Shown here piece after piece: positions 1-11,420 of a stretch of 64,000 bases of DNA (position 1 is its first letter; each line of letters begins with the position of its first letter). The stretch comes from Hydrolagus affinis (taxonomy: Eukaryota). The stretch lies in assembly GCA_012026655.1 (NCBI GenBank), contig JAAILG010000825.1:1-64000 (forward strand), in the 5' to 3' direction. Below the pieces are notes generated by a model. It was not told the origin of the DNA. It worked only from the letters and a program-made list of their open reading frames with translations, and ran no database searches. Made by a program: the position numbers and the translations under genes.

Positions 1-90
1 GAAAATGCTTCCTTTTTTTTCACCAAGAAAAGGTCAAAAGTGGGGGGTGCTCCTTATACGCGAGTGCGCCTTAAACGCAGAGATATACGG
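1..90. mobile_element. Right end of a Tc1/mariner-superfamily (Tc2/pogo-like) DNA transposon, truncated by the window edge
   Basis: Ends ...gggggtgctccttatacgcgagtgcgccttaaacgcagagatatacgg followed by TA (91-92). A CCGTA-type terminus with a repeated gtgcgcctta-like subterminal motif is typical of Tc2-like elements (recalled, not searched). Confidence 0.6.
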
Positions 91-1077
91 TAACTAACTT
101 TGGGTAAAGCTGTTAGTGTCATAGTTTAGTGTCTGGGTATTTTCTATTTCTTAATGTTGTGACAGTTTATTACGTTCAGGGCAGTGTAAGTTAGGCTCAG
201 GGTTCAAGGACCAATAAAACACTGTTGCGTTTTCTATACAGTGTTTTTTGAGTCTGTTAAAATCAAGCAGGGAGGGAGGAAACACAATCCGGTTATTGCT
301 GAAGTCAGCTGTCTAGTAGTGCGAAGGATGCTGATGAATGCATCCCTTTGTTGTACAAGAAGGCATTGGGATTACCTGTTGTTTTGTGTAAATTCTCATT
401 TGCGGAGTTTCACTCAAGAGAGAACTTGCACAATACAGAGAAACAATCTATAGTATATAGAGGCCACCGAGTACACCAAGCTCTCTGTCATAACACAGGT
501 ATACAATTAGCTATGAGAACCATTGCACATGAAGAAACAACGTGTGATTTGGCTGTTTGACTTTGGCTCACAGACACTGCTTGTGGTTTATTTACTGGAA
601 GGTTGTGTTCTGTGGCAATGTCTTCAAATACATGATCTCAATCGGCTGAGGTTCACGTATATAACGTTTATACATCACTGTGTATAACATTAACATGATA
701 CTGTGCAGGAAATTGAACACATATTAAACCAAGATACAATATTAACCAAGGACCATCAGATAGCAGCACCGGTAACTGACAAATATCACCTTACCTCAGC
801 AAATACCACTGAAGCCTCAAACATTTAGCAATAAATCACTTTTGAGAGAGTTTAAAATCCCTTCACCAACAATATTCTACCTTGACCTGAAATCACATTT
901 CAGTCTATTTGACCTCTTCAAATTACATGCTGTATCCAATGTGTAGATTTTCAAAAGCAATCAATCCACTGTCTTGTCTTTCAAATAATAGCATTATGTG
1001 TGCACTTCCACACAGCACTTCTGTTTCCAAACCTGTCATCAGACATGTGTATTGCAATCAATATACATTACTATACA

Positions 1078-1348
1078 TGGAGTCCTGTAGCTCAGTGGTT
1101 AGAGCACTCGCCTTACAAGGGAGAGATCTGGGTTCAATTCCATGCAGGGCAAAAACGTGGGCAAGTTTCCTTACTCCACAGGCCTAATAATAATTTGATC
1201 ACTTCAATCCACGACTGTTTGTGAGACACTGTGCAATTGGCAGCTGTGTTTTGCCCACAAATATACAGTCAATTTACTTTACAGTATATACTGTGAAGCA
1301 CTTTGAGCTGTATCAAATGCAAGGATTATATGATTATTATTTATTATT
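1078..1348 (+). mobile_element. tRNA-derived SINE, short-core subfamily (near full length)
   Basis: Pol III A box (tagctcagtggttaga), B box (gggttcaattcc), CORE-like gggcaagtttccttactccac, and tail ...tatcaaatgcaaggattat(tat)n. Matches many other copies in the window. Confidence 0.9.
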
Positions 1349-1454
1349 GTGTTGTCACCATTTTATCCATGAGAAATGTTCAAAAATTAAAATGGAAACA
1401 TGTGAATTATAAACTTTAAGATGAGTACAGTATATTGATTTTTTTTCATCCATA

Positions 1455-1622
1455 CAACAAAACAACAAAATTACATTTATAGAATGCCTTTCATGTTGGG
1501 AGGATGTCATAAGGCGCTGAACAGTGATCGGGACCCGAGCATGTGAGAGGGGCAGGGTGGGGGCGGGGGGGAGAGAGGTGGGCGGGCTGCTGAAGGCACG
1601 ATCGAAACGGAGGGTCTTGAGA
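1455..1622 (-). mobile_element. L2 LINE 3' end
   Basis: Reverse complement of the L2 tail seen at 7290-7745 and 42008-42452, with a (caa)n terminus. Confidence 0.8.
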
Positions 1623-1978
1623 CTGATGTGAAAGGCGCTCTATAAATGTAATTTTGCTGTTGTTGTCCCAACCCTCAGCCTACTCTACCTCTGCGACCAC
1701 TTAACCCCCGACCAACCTGTCCGCCCCCACTGATCAACAACCTCTGGCCTGCTCCACATCCCCCAACCCACCCGTCTCGCGCCCTCCCTAGCCTCCTTCA
1801 AGTCCCTCCTCAAGACCTTCCTCTTCAATGGTCCCATTGGTCTTTCCAAATCTCCCCCTTTCCCTCCACCCTCCCCATTTCCGACCCCAGCTCGGGTCTG
1901 AAACAATCACTGCCCAGCGCCTTGGGAAGTCACCCTGATGTAAAGGCACTATACAAAGTGTAATTTTGTTGTTGTTGA
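1623..1978 (+). mobile_element. L2 LINE 3' fragments (short tail plus an internally deleted 3' end)
   Basis: ctacctctgcgaccac...ccttcaagtccctcctcaagacc...cagcgccttgggaag...aaaggcactatacaaagtgtaattttgttgttgttg. Confidence 0.8.
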
Positions 1979-2140
1979 TGGAGGCAAGGGAGGAAGTGAG
2001 GCGAAGTTACTGTGGGATGGAGTTCCACAATGTGGGAGCCGAGAGGCTGAAACCCTGACCACCGGTGATAGGGCAGGTCCGGCAGGAGACATGGAGCAGA
2101 CCGGAGCCTGCTGAATGGATGGGATGGGCAGGTTGGTAGG
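1979..2140 (-). mobile_element. L2 LINE 3' fragment
   Basis: Minus-strand translation PYQPAHPIHSAGSGLLHV...GGQGFSLSAPTLWNSIP matches the L2 ORF2 C-terminal motif (RAFSxxAPxLWNSLP). Confidence 0.8.
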
Positions 2141-2744
2141 GAAGACTAAGTAGATAAGCAATATTTTCTTCTCTGAGCTCAATCCTCTTCTCAAACACAA
2201 TTCATCAGGACACACTTTCTAGGATGGCACTACTAGCGATTAGGTACCAGTATCCTAAAAGATCTTCTACCTCCCCAGCTCAGGAAACCAGAAGACAAGA
2301 GTGGCACCCTGCAAAATATGTTTAAGCCACCAACCCACACACTTGCACACATTCAGTTCTATGTAAGCTACGACATAAGTGAATTGTGACTTTGTTTAGA
2401 TCCATATGTTTTGATGTATGTGTGCTTATGTGTGTGTGGGGGGGTATATCTGAATTTTCTTTCATTGTTTACATTATTTTCAATATTTTCTCGTTCACAT
2501 AGTGTAGAAGTATGTAGTGTAGAATGAGCTGAACTCAATGGTATAGGAATTCTCTAAATATACCAATATTTAGATGCAAAAGTCACAAAAAAAAGGTTTA
2601 CGAACTACAATTAATAATCACTCAAATAAGTGAAAAATATTTCAATAAAATAAAATATTGCAATAAAAACAACAAATGCTGGAAAAGTTAATGCGATTTA
2701 TTTTCCTATTCAGTATAATTATTATTATCATTATTATTCATAAT

Positions 2745-3000
2745 ATTTGCATTTGTTATAGCAACTTTCACATTGGGAATACATCTCAAAGTATGATACT
2801 TGGTATGCTGTAAGATGTAATGACTGTATATTTTGTTAGTGAATGTCCCACAAACAGCAGTGACATAAACGTCCCAATTTTATATGGGCCATTATTGGCC
2901 AAAACACCAGGCAAAACACCCTTCCCTTTTTGAATGCAGCCATGGAACATTTCATGATGACCTGTATGTGTTGAGAGGACCTTGTTTTAATGTCTGAACA
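2745..3000 (-). mobile_element. Old Deu-domain SINE (SacSINE1/AmnSINE1-like) relic
   Basis: attggccaaaacaccagg...gccatggaacatttc...gaggaccttgttttaatgtct resembles the reverse complement of the Deu domain as I recall it, preceded by a SINE tail. Confidence 0.6.
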
Positions 3001-5064
3001 TGGGAGTAAACCACATTCAATGATTGATCAACACAGGGTTCATTTGAACAGATTGCACTGCAGCAGATTTGTATAAAACAGAAAGCAGTTAATGAGTAAA
3101 ATCAAATCTAATAATACAAATTAGTAAAAGATTTAAATTATTAGATGTTAATCCTCTTCATTTCTGTGATTGCTCAATTTCATCAGTGCTCTAACCCTTG
3201 TACTGCTCCATCTACAGTATTATGATTACTGTTGCATTGTTTTGGCATGAAAGAATGAGGTTACAAGTACAAACACAGCCATGAATGTCCTATTGTAAAA
3301 CACAGGAAAAAAATTATTTATTAGAACAATAACAAATTAATGATGATTAATCGTGTCAAATGAAGGCATGAAGCAATCATACAAAGCAACAGGCCATAAA
3401 AAAACAAACAATTTGTATCAGTTCAAAAAATTTGAAGCATGTGTCAATTTTCCTTTGTGCCTTAATGATGGTGAATGTTGTACAGCGATTGAATTAATCA
3501 AATTCTGTTTCTATTATGTGGGATTTTATGATTGCTAACCAGAGTTGGGAGGATTACATTCCATATTGCATGAAATTACATAGAATCTACAGCACATAAA
3601 TATACTATGTTCCCTGGACTCCCCAACATCTCTGTACACAAGCTAGAAACCACCCAGAATTCTGCAGGCAGAATAGTGGTGTTTGGGAAGAGCCTGGAAT
3701 AAATAGACGTAGTGAAGGGGAGAAGTCTGGTGTGCCATAGTGAGCATGATAGCGAGCAGTGAGAGAGTAGTGACAGGAGCTATGGGGCACAGAGAAATGC
3801 TAGAGCAACTGGTAAGCACAGCTCAGCTGTTAAACAGTCAAGGTATGTGAAATATGTTGATTCTAAAGGTGAAGTGAGCAATGTCCAGAACCTCCTGGCG
3901 CAAAAATTAAATACCAGACCGTGAATTACATTCTGCGATTCAATCCATTATCAGAAAACAAGTGACCTTGTTCTTTAAATACTAGATCTGGAAGATCAGA
4001 GACATAATTTCCTGACAATGTACGGTGTTGTACATGAGCCAAATCCAGGAGGATTATTTGTACTTCTGGATTGAATATACCATATCATCTGATGCTGATC
4101 AGATTATGTCCGGTACACCTAAATCTGAAATGTCTGCCCTGCAGGACAGTGGCAGTATGCAAGCTGCTAAATTATGTATCCTTATCCCAGATGATAAACT
4201 ACACCAATTTGAGAGAAAACTTGATCGAAGTGTTATGCCCTCAAAGCAAATTAATACTAATGAGAAGTCAGGGAACACATATTAGAAAAATAAACAGCAT
4301 TGAATGTGGTATTTTATATTTACATTCTCAGTACTTGGCTCAGAAAATACAACACAAATGTTGGATACATTCTGTTCTGATAACCTGATGTCTAACACCT
4401 GTAGCAAGAACCTACATTCAGTGGAAATATGATAGAATTAGATATTCTCAATTTGATCTGCATTTACAGAATAATATTTGCATTTGATATAGCGCTTTAT
4501 CACGTCTTAGAAACATTTCAAAGCACTTCACAGAATATACTGCAAAGCAAATTGACTCTATACCTTATGGGTGATACATACAAACATTGTGATCGTAGAT
4601 TTCAGTCCGAGTGATGATCAACTAATTTACAAGTTCCACGGATTTTTCCAAATTCTCAACTGGTCAAAGTGAATGTTCTTTACAGCAGCTTGGGGAGTAA
4701 GACAGTAATGAAATATGCAAATCTCTGGGTGAACATTAGAACTGACCGCACTGGCCACGGAGCTATAAAAGACCTTATTGTTGGGGAGAGGTGGGAGAAT
4801 TAACCAGCATTTATTAACAACAATAATAATGCTAATAATATTTGCATTTGTTGTAGCAACCTTCACATTGGGAGGATTTCTAAAAGCATTGCACTGGATA
4901 TACTATAAAATGCACTGACTTACTATGATAAAAACCTTTGGCAACACAAGTCTTTATTATAAATTGGTGATAGTAGTAGTGATAGTATGTATTTTTATAA
5001 TTTTTGATTCAATTTTTCATGAATTGTGCTGTTTCATTTTTATCCATTATAATGTTTAGTTGGA

Positions 5065-5317
5065 CTTGGGCAAGTTTCCTTACTCCACACGGCTAATAAT
5101 AATCCATCAAAGAAAGCAGTAATAAATTGGTCATATCAATCAATCTACAACCGCTTGTGGGATTGTACTGTGTGCAATTGGCTGCTGCGTTTCGCCCACG
5201 TATATACAGTCAATTCACTTTACAGTATATTCTGTGAAGCGCTTTGAGACATCTAGAAGACGTGAAAAGCACTATATCAAATGCAAGGATTATTATTATT
5301 ATTATTATTATTATTAT
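5065..5317 (+). mobile_element. tRNA-derived SINE, 5'-truncated
   Basis: Runs from cttgggcaagtttcc to gtgaagcgctttgagacatctagaagacgtgaaaagc...caaggatt(att)n. Confidence 0.9.
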
Positions 5318-5595
5318 AGAAGACCAGTGGTTCAAGCGGCTTCAGAAACATTTAGCAGATAGCACAAGTACCCGTGGTTTGGCCCTTGAGTTGTTTTTTC
5401 ATTTAATGTTGTTTTAAACAAAGTTTTAATTTTGTGTTATTTCATATTTATGAAGAGCACGCGGCTCTAGATGTGGGATTTGGAGGGAACTGGAAAATAA
5501 CTTTCCAATACAAAAAAAACATGATTGGTTACACAGATCAGCAAATGAAATTATAATGTCAATTCAATTACAAGGACAGTTCTTCTCACTATTAT

Positions 5596-5705
5596 AACAA
5601 CAAAATCACTTTTATGGAGAGCCTTTCAAGTTGGGAGGACATCCCAAGAAGCTGAACAATCAGGGGTCGGAACCCGAGCACAGGGGAGGGGTAGGGTAGG
5701 GAAGG
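5596..5705 (-). mobile_element. L2 LINE 3' tail
   Basis: aacaacaaaatcac...gcctttcaagttgggaggacatcccaag...acccgagc is the reverse of the L2 tail. Confidence 0.7.
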
Positions 5706-6054
5706 TCATATAAGAAGGTCATGCTAAATTATGCTCAATAAATCTTTGAATGCCACTTGTATCCTGATAATGTAGTACAAGTACACTGACCTTTCTCCAA
5801 AGGAGTCCAATGGCACTACATGTCAAGTTTAGGCTGGAGGCCTGCCAATACCAGCTGTATGTCCTTGCCACTTACATGCTATAGTTGAAGCTTTAATGCT
5901 GACTCCTGCTCCTCAGATCATGCTTACATGAAAGAATTGTCTTTTCTCAAAGCAATCATTTTCAAAGAATGCAACTGTGGCTAGTGCTATGAATGTCAAG
6001 CACACGTGACAATCAAACCATCAAACTTAGCTTTGATCAAATCTAGGAAACTGT

Positions 6055-6460
6055 TTTGTAACAACACAGAAACAGCACTTGGCAAAGTCACAAACAACAT
6101 CCTCTCAATTTGTGACCAAAGCTCCCTCTGCTTCCACGTCCTCATGGATCTCTTTGCCGTGTTCAACACAGTTTACCACACCATCCTAGTCCAATGCCTC
6201 ACCTCCCTTATCCACCTTTGTAGGAATGCACTCACATGGTTCAAGTCCTACTTAACCAGGCGACTTCAATTAATCTCAGTAAATGATTTCTACTCCTGCC
6301 CCAGCTCAGTCACCTGCGGGTTACCCCTGCGCTCCAACCTTGGACATTTTTTCATTATCTATATGCTCCTTCTGGGTGATGCCATCCACAGACACGGATT
6401 AAACTTCCACGTGTATGCAGATGACACACAAATAAATCTACTTTGCCTCCTCCAGTACTA
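6055..6460 (+). mobile_element. L2 LINE ORF2 reverse-transcriptase fragment (decayed)
   Basis: ORF 6006-6461 reads TETALGKVTNNIL...VLMDLFAVFNTVYHTIL...WFKSYLTRR...CGLPLRSNLG...FHVYADDTQ, a degenerate non-LTR RT with the YADD catalytic motif. No flanking intact ORF2. Confidence 0.9.
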
Positions 6461-6524
6461 ACTTCATGTCCGAGTGAATTTTGAGTTGCCAAATTGTCCA
6501 TATTTTTTTCCTCTCCTTCCTCTT

Positions 6525-6758
6525 AGTCCTGTATCTCCCTGGTTAGAGTTGAGTGGTTAGAGTCTTACAAGCAAAAGACCTGGGTTCGGTCATTTTTCAC
6601 GACTGTTTGTGGGACACACACATGTGCGCAATTGGCTGCTGTGTTTCACCCACAAATATACAGTCAATTCACTTCATAGTATATTCTGTGAAGCACCTTG
6701 AGACATCTAGAAGACGTGAACAGTGCTATACCAAATGCAAGGATTATAAATCATATTA
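6525..6758 (+). mobile_element. tRNA-derived SINE, internally deleted
   Basis: Head (agtcctgt...gtggttagag...cctgggttcg) is joined directly to ggtcatt...gactgtttgtgggacac and the standard tail. Confidence 0.85.
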
Positions 6759-6759
6759 T

Positions 6760-6898
6760 ATTTGAACATCTCACCCTCTGCCACTCCTCCCATCTCTCAC
6801 TCAAAATTATCCTCATTTACCGCCCCCCAAAATCCTCCCCTACCTTCATCTCTGATATCTCCACCCTCCTAGTTTTCCTCTGCATCTGCTCCGATCAA
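6760..6898 (+). mobile_element. L2 LINE apurinic-endonuclease domain fragment
   Basis: Translates FEHLTL...LKIILIYRPPK...FISDISTLL, containing the IYRPP motif of CR1/L2 endonucleases. Confidence 0.8.
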
Positions 6899-6899
6899 T

Positions 6900-7100
6900 G
6901 TGAAGAGGATCTTGAGACTGGTCCTGAAGGAGGCAAGGGAGGAAGCGAGGCGAAGGGACTGTGGGATGCAGAACCAGAGTGTGAGGGCAGAGAAGCTGAA
7001 AGCCCGGCAATCGATGGTGGGTGGGTCGGTGGGGGACATGGAACTGATCGGAGCCCGCTGAACAGATGGGGCAGGCAGGTTAGCAGGAAGTCAGGAGGTC
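6900..7100 (-). mobile_element. L2 LINE 3' fragment
   Basis: gaagaggatcttgagactgg...gaaggaggcaagggagg...gagcccgctgaac...gggcaggcaggtt is the reverse of the L2 3' region. Confidence 0.8.
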
Positions 7101-7289
7101 GGAGAGATATCCGACAAAGTAGTTATCTTTGTGCAAATAATATTGAAAAAATTATAAAAACAGTACATAATAAATAATTAGTACTTAATAGAAAATGCAA
7201 TGCAAAATTAGCAGCTACCATTCATTCCCTATTCCTCAGCACTGAAACACTTGTCAAGAAAACTCCTCTCAGTCCTCCAATATACCAGA

Positions 7290-7745
7290 TACACATTGTT
7301 CCCCCATTACCCCAGTCCTTGCCAGACTTCACTGGCTCCCTATCCCAGAGAGGATCGATTTCAAGATCCTCACCCTTGTCTTCAAATCCCTCCACTCCTC
7401 TGCACCCCCCTATCTCTCTGACCTCCTCTCTCCTCAGACCAGCACCCGTTGCCTTTGCTCCACTAGGTCTGGCCTCCTCCATGTCCCCTGAATCCTCCGC
7501 TCCACCCTCGGCGGCTGAGCCTTCAGCCACTATGCCCCGAGGCTCTGGAATTCCCTCCCTCACTCCCTTCGCCTCATCCCCTCTTTTCTCAGCTTCAGAT
7601 CCCAGCTGAAGACCTTTCTCTTCGACCACGCCTTTGGTCACCTTTCTACCCCTGCCCCTGGCTCGGTCCCGGAATCCGCTATTGTGAAGCGCTTTGAGAT
7701 GCCGTCCGGTGTAGGGCGCTATATAAATTGAAGTTGTTGTTGTTC
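7290..7745 (+). mobile_element. L2 LINE 3' end
   Basis: Encodes LHWLPIPERIDFKILTLVFKSLH...PYLSDLL and ends ggcgctatataaattgaagttgttgttgtt. Confidence 0.9.
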
Positions 7746-10054
7746 CTTACATAGATTAAGAACGTTTTTGAAATCCATGTGGAACTTTATAATGCTGCTG
7801 ACTAACTTTATGGTAAGCTCAAAGATCCAGAATCCTGTGTAAAAATATTAAGTGTTTGTCTGGGCTGCTTTTTTAATGCGGGGTGACTGGCTTCTCTTAA
7901 GATTGTAATATATATTTATACTGGCTACAAAATAGTTACGATTCTGCACTATATTTATACTGGCTCCCACACAGTGAGTGAATGGTGTACATTTTGAGAA
8001 GGGAGTGGTTGAGGGACCTGTATCGGGGGCTTGGAATCTAATTCTCTGGTGTCCAAGAGCTCAGAAAACGCATTGTGGAATATTTCAGCCCCAGAAAAGG
8101 ATTCTAACAAACGCTATCTGAATTTATGGCATCTCAAGGAATGACAGTACCAATCCACCACCATGCTCAGCTGAGATAAAACATGATTTTTTTTTTACAG
8201 CATCCATTGATAATTTAACAAGCTGATGTTTTATTTTGACAGAAGTAAGGATGCAGCCAGACAAACGATGTGTTGCAGAAAATAAGTTAAATGATGTTGA
8301 GAGGCAACATGCAAAAAGAACCTTGTGAACAAACACAAGGTTTCCATATGGTTGCATCAATTTGAGAAAAACTCCATCAAACTCACTATTTGGTGAGGAA
8401 AAATAAGAAAAAAACAGCAAACATAACTAGTGAATCTGTATAAGTGTGTTGAGATGTCTCAATGATGTGATAAGGCGCTGTATCAAGTGAAGGGATTATT
8501 ATTATCTCCAAAGCTTTGGGGAAAATGTTACAATGCATGTAAGGGGGGAAGAGGGGGGGAGGGCAGGGCTAAAAAGTGAGGAAATAAATCTCCTTGGAAG
8601 CAATCCATTTCCCTAGAAGGCTGGACAAGCAACATAATTTAAAAGTGGAGGTCAATTAATTTCTCCTAAAAGAAACAGATGGTACTAAACTTTGTCATTT
8701 CAAGCCAGGCTTTTATAAAAGGCATCAAAGGGGGAAATCTGTGAAACCTAACTTCTTTCACATCCTCCAACTTGTAATATCGACCTCAAATGGACGACAC
8801 TCTGCAGAACCTGAATCCACAAAACATAGTGGATTGTAGTCATCAAATACATACAGAAAGCATTCCAGGACTTCTGGGACAGAGGTTCCTGCAGCACCAA
8901 GCAACTTATTCTGTGAGAACCAGATACAGAACCAGAGAGCCACTTTCCCATTCTGTATTTCCAGATGACAGGAACATGATAAACAGCCAAGGCACAATAA
9001 CATCAATGAGCTTCCCATGACAAAGACTCTTTGTGATTGACAGAGGGAGCTGATGGGGTGGCACCCCCTTGCCTTCCTCAAGGGATGGCTCTGAACAGAG
9101 ATTCTGAAATGTTAGACAATAAAAGCTTCTCTATTACCATCTGCTCACCTTGCAGGTAAACACCTTCCCAGCCTGTTGGATAATAGTCACAGAACTGAAA
9201 CCAAACACCCGGCCAGAGCAGATAAAGGCAAGCAGAAACTTTCAGTTCTGTTGAGCAGCTGTAATTTATGCAGTACTGATCCAAAGGCTAAGCACTTCCC
9301 CTCTCAATGTGTCTCAACAATCGGCTCTTACTGAATGAAGATGATCATCTGCTGACCAGCAGATCTGGATCATTGCTACCAGCGGAGAGGCACCCTTCAA
9401 CTAGCACCAGGTGCCTCTCAATGTTTTGCCATCTACCATATGCCTGAAAAATAATGCTGTGTGAGAAATTTAAATCAAAAAGCATCATCTGGCTCTCACT
9501 GTGCTGTGAAAACAAAACCATTACTACTTTTTAAACGACACATCCATTTAGTTCAATTCAGAAACGTAATACTCTCCGACATTCATAGTTCCACAAAGAT
9601 GGAACTCCTTGCGAAGCCGTACATCAAGAATCTCCCAGTTACTCTGGGAATTCAGATAATAGTTTGCAACACAGCAGGCATCTGATGAAAATTTTCTACG
9701 TGATGCATTCAATTGGAAAAAATACAATTGTTGAATGGACAGTTGGAGGGAAGCGTATGAGGCAGCATCTTATTTTTTAATGTTTCAGAGGAAAGCTCTC
9801 AGCTGCATCCCCAGGAGCTCAGAGTCATAAAGGATGACTGTTTGCACATAGTATGTCTCAAACATGAATTGTATGGGGACCCTGCTGCCATTGATGAGAG
9901 ACAAGCATGACCAGGAGTGCTCTTCTCCCCTTCTCTGCACTGTCCTTGTTCAGAAGGTCACGCCATTGTCTCCCACCCTATCCTGTGAATCCTGTGACAT
10001 CTTCTTTGCATATTATGTAAGCTACTTTATCATGGGTAGGGGGAAGTGAGTCGT

Positions 10055-10357
10055 TGACTAGGGGGAATCATTTAAAATAATTAACAAAGAAGCAACGAAA
10101 AAATTAGGAAAATTGATTTTATACATCAAGAGTTGTTACAATGTGCAATGTATTGTCGGGAGCAATGGTTGAGCCAGAGTTCACGATAGTTTTCAATAGG
10201 GAACTAGGTAGATGTCTAAAAATAAGTTCTATAGTTTGCAGGTGCATGGGGTTAAAGCAAGTAAGTGACACTGAATGGATTGTTCTTTCAATCTGCCAAC
10301 ACAGACACAATGGGTAGAATACCCTTCTTCATAGCTGTATGGTTCTATGGATTCTAC
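10055..10357 (+). mobile_element. CR1 LINE 3' end (old)
   Basis: gagttgttacaatgtgcaat...ttttcaatagggaactaggtag...acagacacaatgggtagaataccc...gctgtatggttctatggattcta resembles a CR1 3'UTR with an (attctatg)-type terminus. Confidence 0.7.
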
Positions 10358-10397
10358 ATTACTTATAAAATCTTTCGAGGGAAAGCTCTACGTAGAT

Positions 10398-10652
10398 ATC
10401 CAGGCAGATCAGGGGGAAAACTTGGGCAAGTTTCCTTACTCCACACGCCTAATAATAATCCGCCCCCAAAAAACGCAGTAATAAAAATCAGTCATTTCAA
10501 TTCACGACAGTTTGTGGGACACTACTGTGCGCAATTGGCTGTCGCGTTTCGCCCACAAATATACAGTCAATTAACTTTACAGTATATTTGGTGAAGCGCT
10601 TTGAGACATCGATAAAATGTGAAAAGCGCAATATCAAATACAAGGATTATTC
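10398..10652 (+). mobile_element. tRNA-derived SINE, 5'-truncated, insertion-bearing subfamily
   Basis: ccaggcagatcagggggaaaacttgggcaag through to the standard tail. Confidence 0.9.
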
Positions 10653-10664
10653 TTGTTATATTAT

Positions 10665-11010
10665 CTGATCCATCAAACATAATGAGGAAAATGTATAGAT
10701 CCTGAATCCTGTCCTCCTGAGGCAAACTTTTCCTTTTCCTCAGTATTACAGAAGCCATTGAATTCTATGGATCATTTGATCATGTATTTCCCACAAGCTT
10801 GAATTCCAGCACTCACAATTTATTTACTCAGTTCTTTTGCTGGAAGTTTGGCATTTCTAATCAATGGGATAGGGGGCGGGGGGTGGTGGTATTGGTAAAA
10901 GAGGACAAGAAATAGAGAGAGGAACAAATTTCAATGTCTCCATGTAATATTATCATATAAGCTTAATTTGAAGGATCTATACATTTTCCTAATTTCCTCT
11001 GCTGGATTAG
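10665..11010. repeat. Long imperfect inverted repeat (fold-back/MITE-like element)
   Basis: Perfect 19-bp inverted repeat aggaaaatgtatagatcct (10685-10703) vs aggatctatacattttcct (10972-10990), with degenerate outer arms and inner arms (about 10742-10766 vs 10926-10951). Confidence 0.65.
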
Positions 11011-11334
11011 GAAATATAATAATAATCCTTGCATTTTATTTAGCGCTTTTCACATCTTATCAATGTATCATTCGAAGCTTATTAGTGTTTTTTGTGTGTC
11101 CTTCAGTACAAGTCCAATATACTTGTGCTTGCCTACAAAATATCCTGTGATATCTTCTCAAAGTGAAAGGCAGTATATCAATGTAAGGATTTTTACTAAT
11201 ACCCTGTATCATCAAATAATCTCCTTCCTTCATCACATGTGTTTTCTAGCATATTAAAACCTTGCATCAGGTCCCCCTCAGGTTTCTTCTCCAATGAAGA
11301 TCTATTCTTCTAGTCTCACCTTGTAACTTAAAGC

Positions 11335-11420
11335 CAACCCTTTGCTGAGTTAACTGATCTCTCCAATGGCAGATGTGAGGGCGGTGCAATTGGACTGTTT
11401 GCCCTTGGGCTGGGAAGCAA
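11335..11420 (+). mobile_element. Ancient AmnSINE2-like SINE fragment
   Basis: tgctgagttaactgatctc...gggcggtgcaattggactg...gcccttgggctggga matches the remembered motif tgctgagttagctgatctc...ggcgctacaattggcc...cccctgggctaggga. Confidence 0.55.

Noticed and set aside
6006-6461. RT ORF with YADD as a possible retron, DGR or domesticated RT
   Set aside because: Motifs (TETAL.KV.N, DL..F.TV.H.IL, YADDTQ) are those of L2/CR1-clade LINEs and are degenerate. The context is vertebrate, with no accessory genes.
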